Shown piece by piece: positions 63,387-64,000 of a DNA stretch of 64,000 nt; position 1 is the first letter of the stretch, and every line of letters starts with the position of its first letter. Under the pieces are notes generated by a model. It was not told where the DNA came from. It searched no databases and was given only the letters and a program-made list of their open reading frames with translations. The stretch is taken from NCBI GenBank assembly GCA_963810935.1, contig CAWEPK010000010.1, positions 224,001-288,000 of the forward strand, read 5' to 3'. The translations under genes and the position numbers were made by a program. Source of the stretch: an uncultured delta proteobacterium. Its GTDB lineage: Bacteria; Desulfobacterota; Syntrophorhabdia; Syntrophorhabdales; WCHB1-27.

Positions 63387-64000
63387 TTACAGCCAGCGGA
63401 CCTCGCGCACCTTTCTAGGGATGGTCTTCGTGATGCGATGTTTCGGGTAGCCTACTATGACGGCGCTGTAGATGTTCCGGTCGCCCGGCAGCCCCAGGCG
63501 GCGGGCTATGGCGTTCGAGAAACCGGCCGCGGTCAGCAGGAAGCCCGCCCAGCACGTGCCCAGGCCCAGGGTCGGCGCCAGCATCTCCATGTTCCTCACC
63601 GCGATGGCGCAGTTCTCATGGACCAGCCGGTTCGATCTCTCGCCGTGGACCGCGATCAGGGCGGGGGCGTTCCGAAAGATAAGGCCGCGCGACCGGCCCT
63701 TTTGTCGCGCCTCCCCGAACCGCTCGTAGTAGCCGAGGGACCGTGCGACCATCGCTTCCCCGAACAGCATGCCCGCCAGCTTCCGCCCCACGGGGTTGCC
63801 GAGGAGCCTGAGTTTCTTCCACATGATCTGCACGACCATATCTTCCAGCTCTTCGAGGAGCCTCCTGTCCCGCACGATAATGAAACCCTCCGTTTGGGCG
63901 TTGGAGGCAGTACCCGCGTGCGTGCCCGCTTCGATGAGCCGCTCCATGACCTCAACCGGCACTTCGTTTCCAGTGAAGTTCCTCACGGACCGGCGGAGCA
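63387..64000 (-). CDS. Nitroreductase family protein (3' part; start lies beyond the window)
   Basis: RRSVRNF, ASNAQ, LGLGTCWAG and GYP motifs. Confidence 0.88.
   Translation of the reverse strand, partial: LRRSVRNFTGNEVPVEVMERLIEAGTHAGTASNAQTEGFIIVRDRRLLEELEDMVVQIMWKKLRLLGNPVGRKLAGMLFGEAMVARSLGYYERFGEARQKGRSRGLIFRNAPALIAVHGERSNRLVHENCAIAVRNMEMLAPTLGLGTCWAGFLLTAAGFSNAIARRLGLPGDRNIYSAVIVGYPKHRITKTIPRKVREVRWL

Overview
A 64-kb bacterial chromosomal segment of roughly 60% GC, estimated by eye. The gene content suggests an anaerobic deltaproteobacterium (Desulfobacterota, Syntrophorhabdus-like); this is inference only. About ten genes, including the normally essential glmU, are broken by single-base indels, most likely uncorrected long-read errors. 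From left to right: a Tat-exported PaoABC-like molybdoenzyme operon with a shikimate dehydrogenase and a Na+:solute symporter; then a ~15.6-kb integrase-less island bounded by an intact initiator tRNA-Met and a 43-bp degenerate copy of its 3' half. The island carries a UbiD decarboxylase with a TAXI-TRAP transporter, a TIGR04133-like radical SAM/SPASM enzyme coupled to a secreted protein with two VKYG motifs (candidate splicease system), DUF1566, ankyrin and TPR proteins, a sigma28-driven Ser-rich protein and a GntR-DctPQM unit. After the island come sucCD, a Wbp-type diamino-uronic acid sugar cluster, an ABC system, assorted enzymes, a candidate sigma54-dependent C-rich sRNA, M16 and M20 peptidases, a diguanylate cyclase, an unannotated 28-aa Cys/Lys microprotein, exeAB, tatB-like/tatC and glmU-glmS. 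A small accessory patch follows glmS, with a tandem-repeat secreted protein and an alpha/beta hydrolase.
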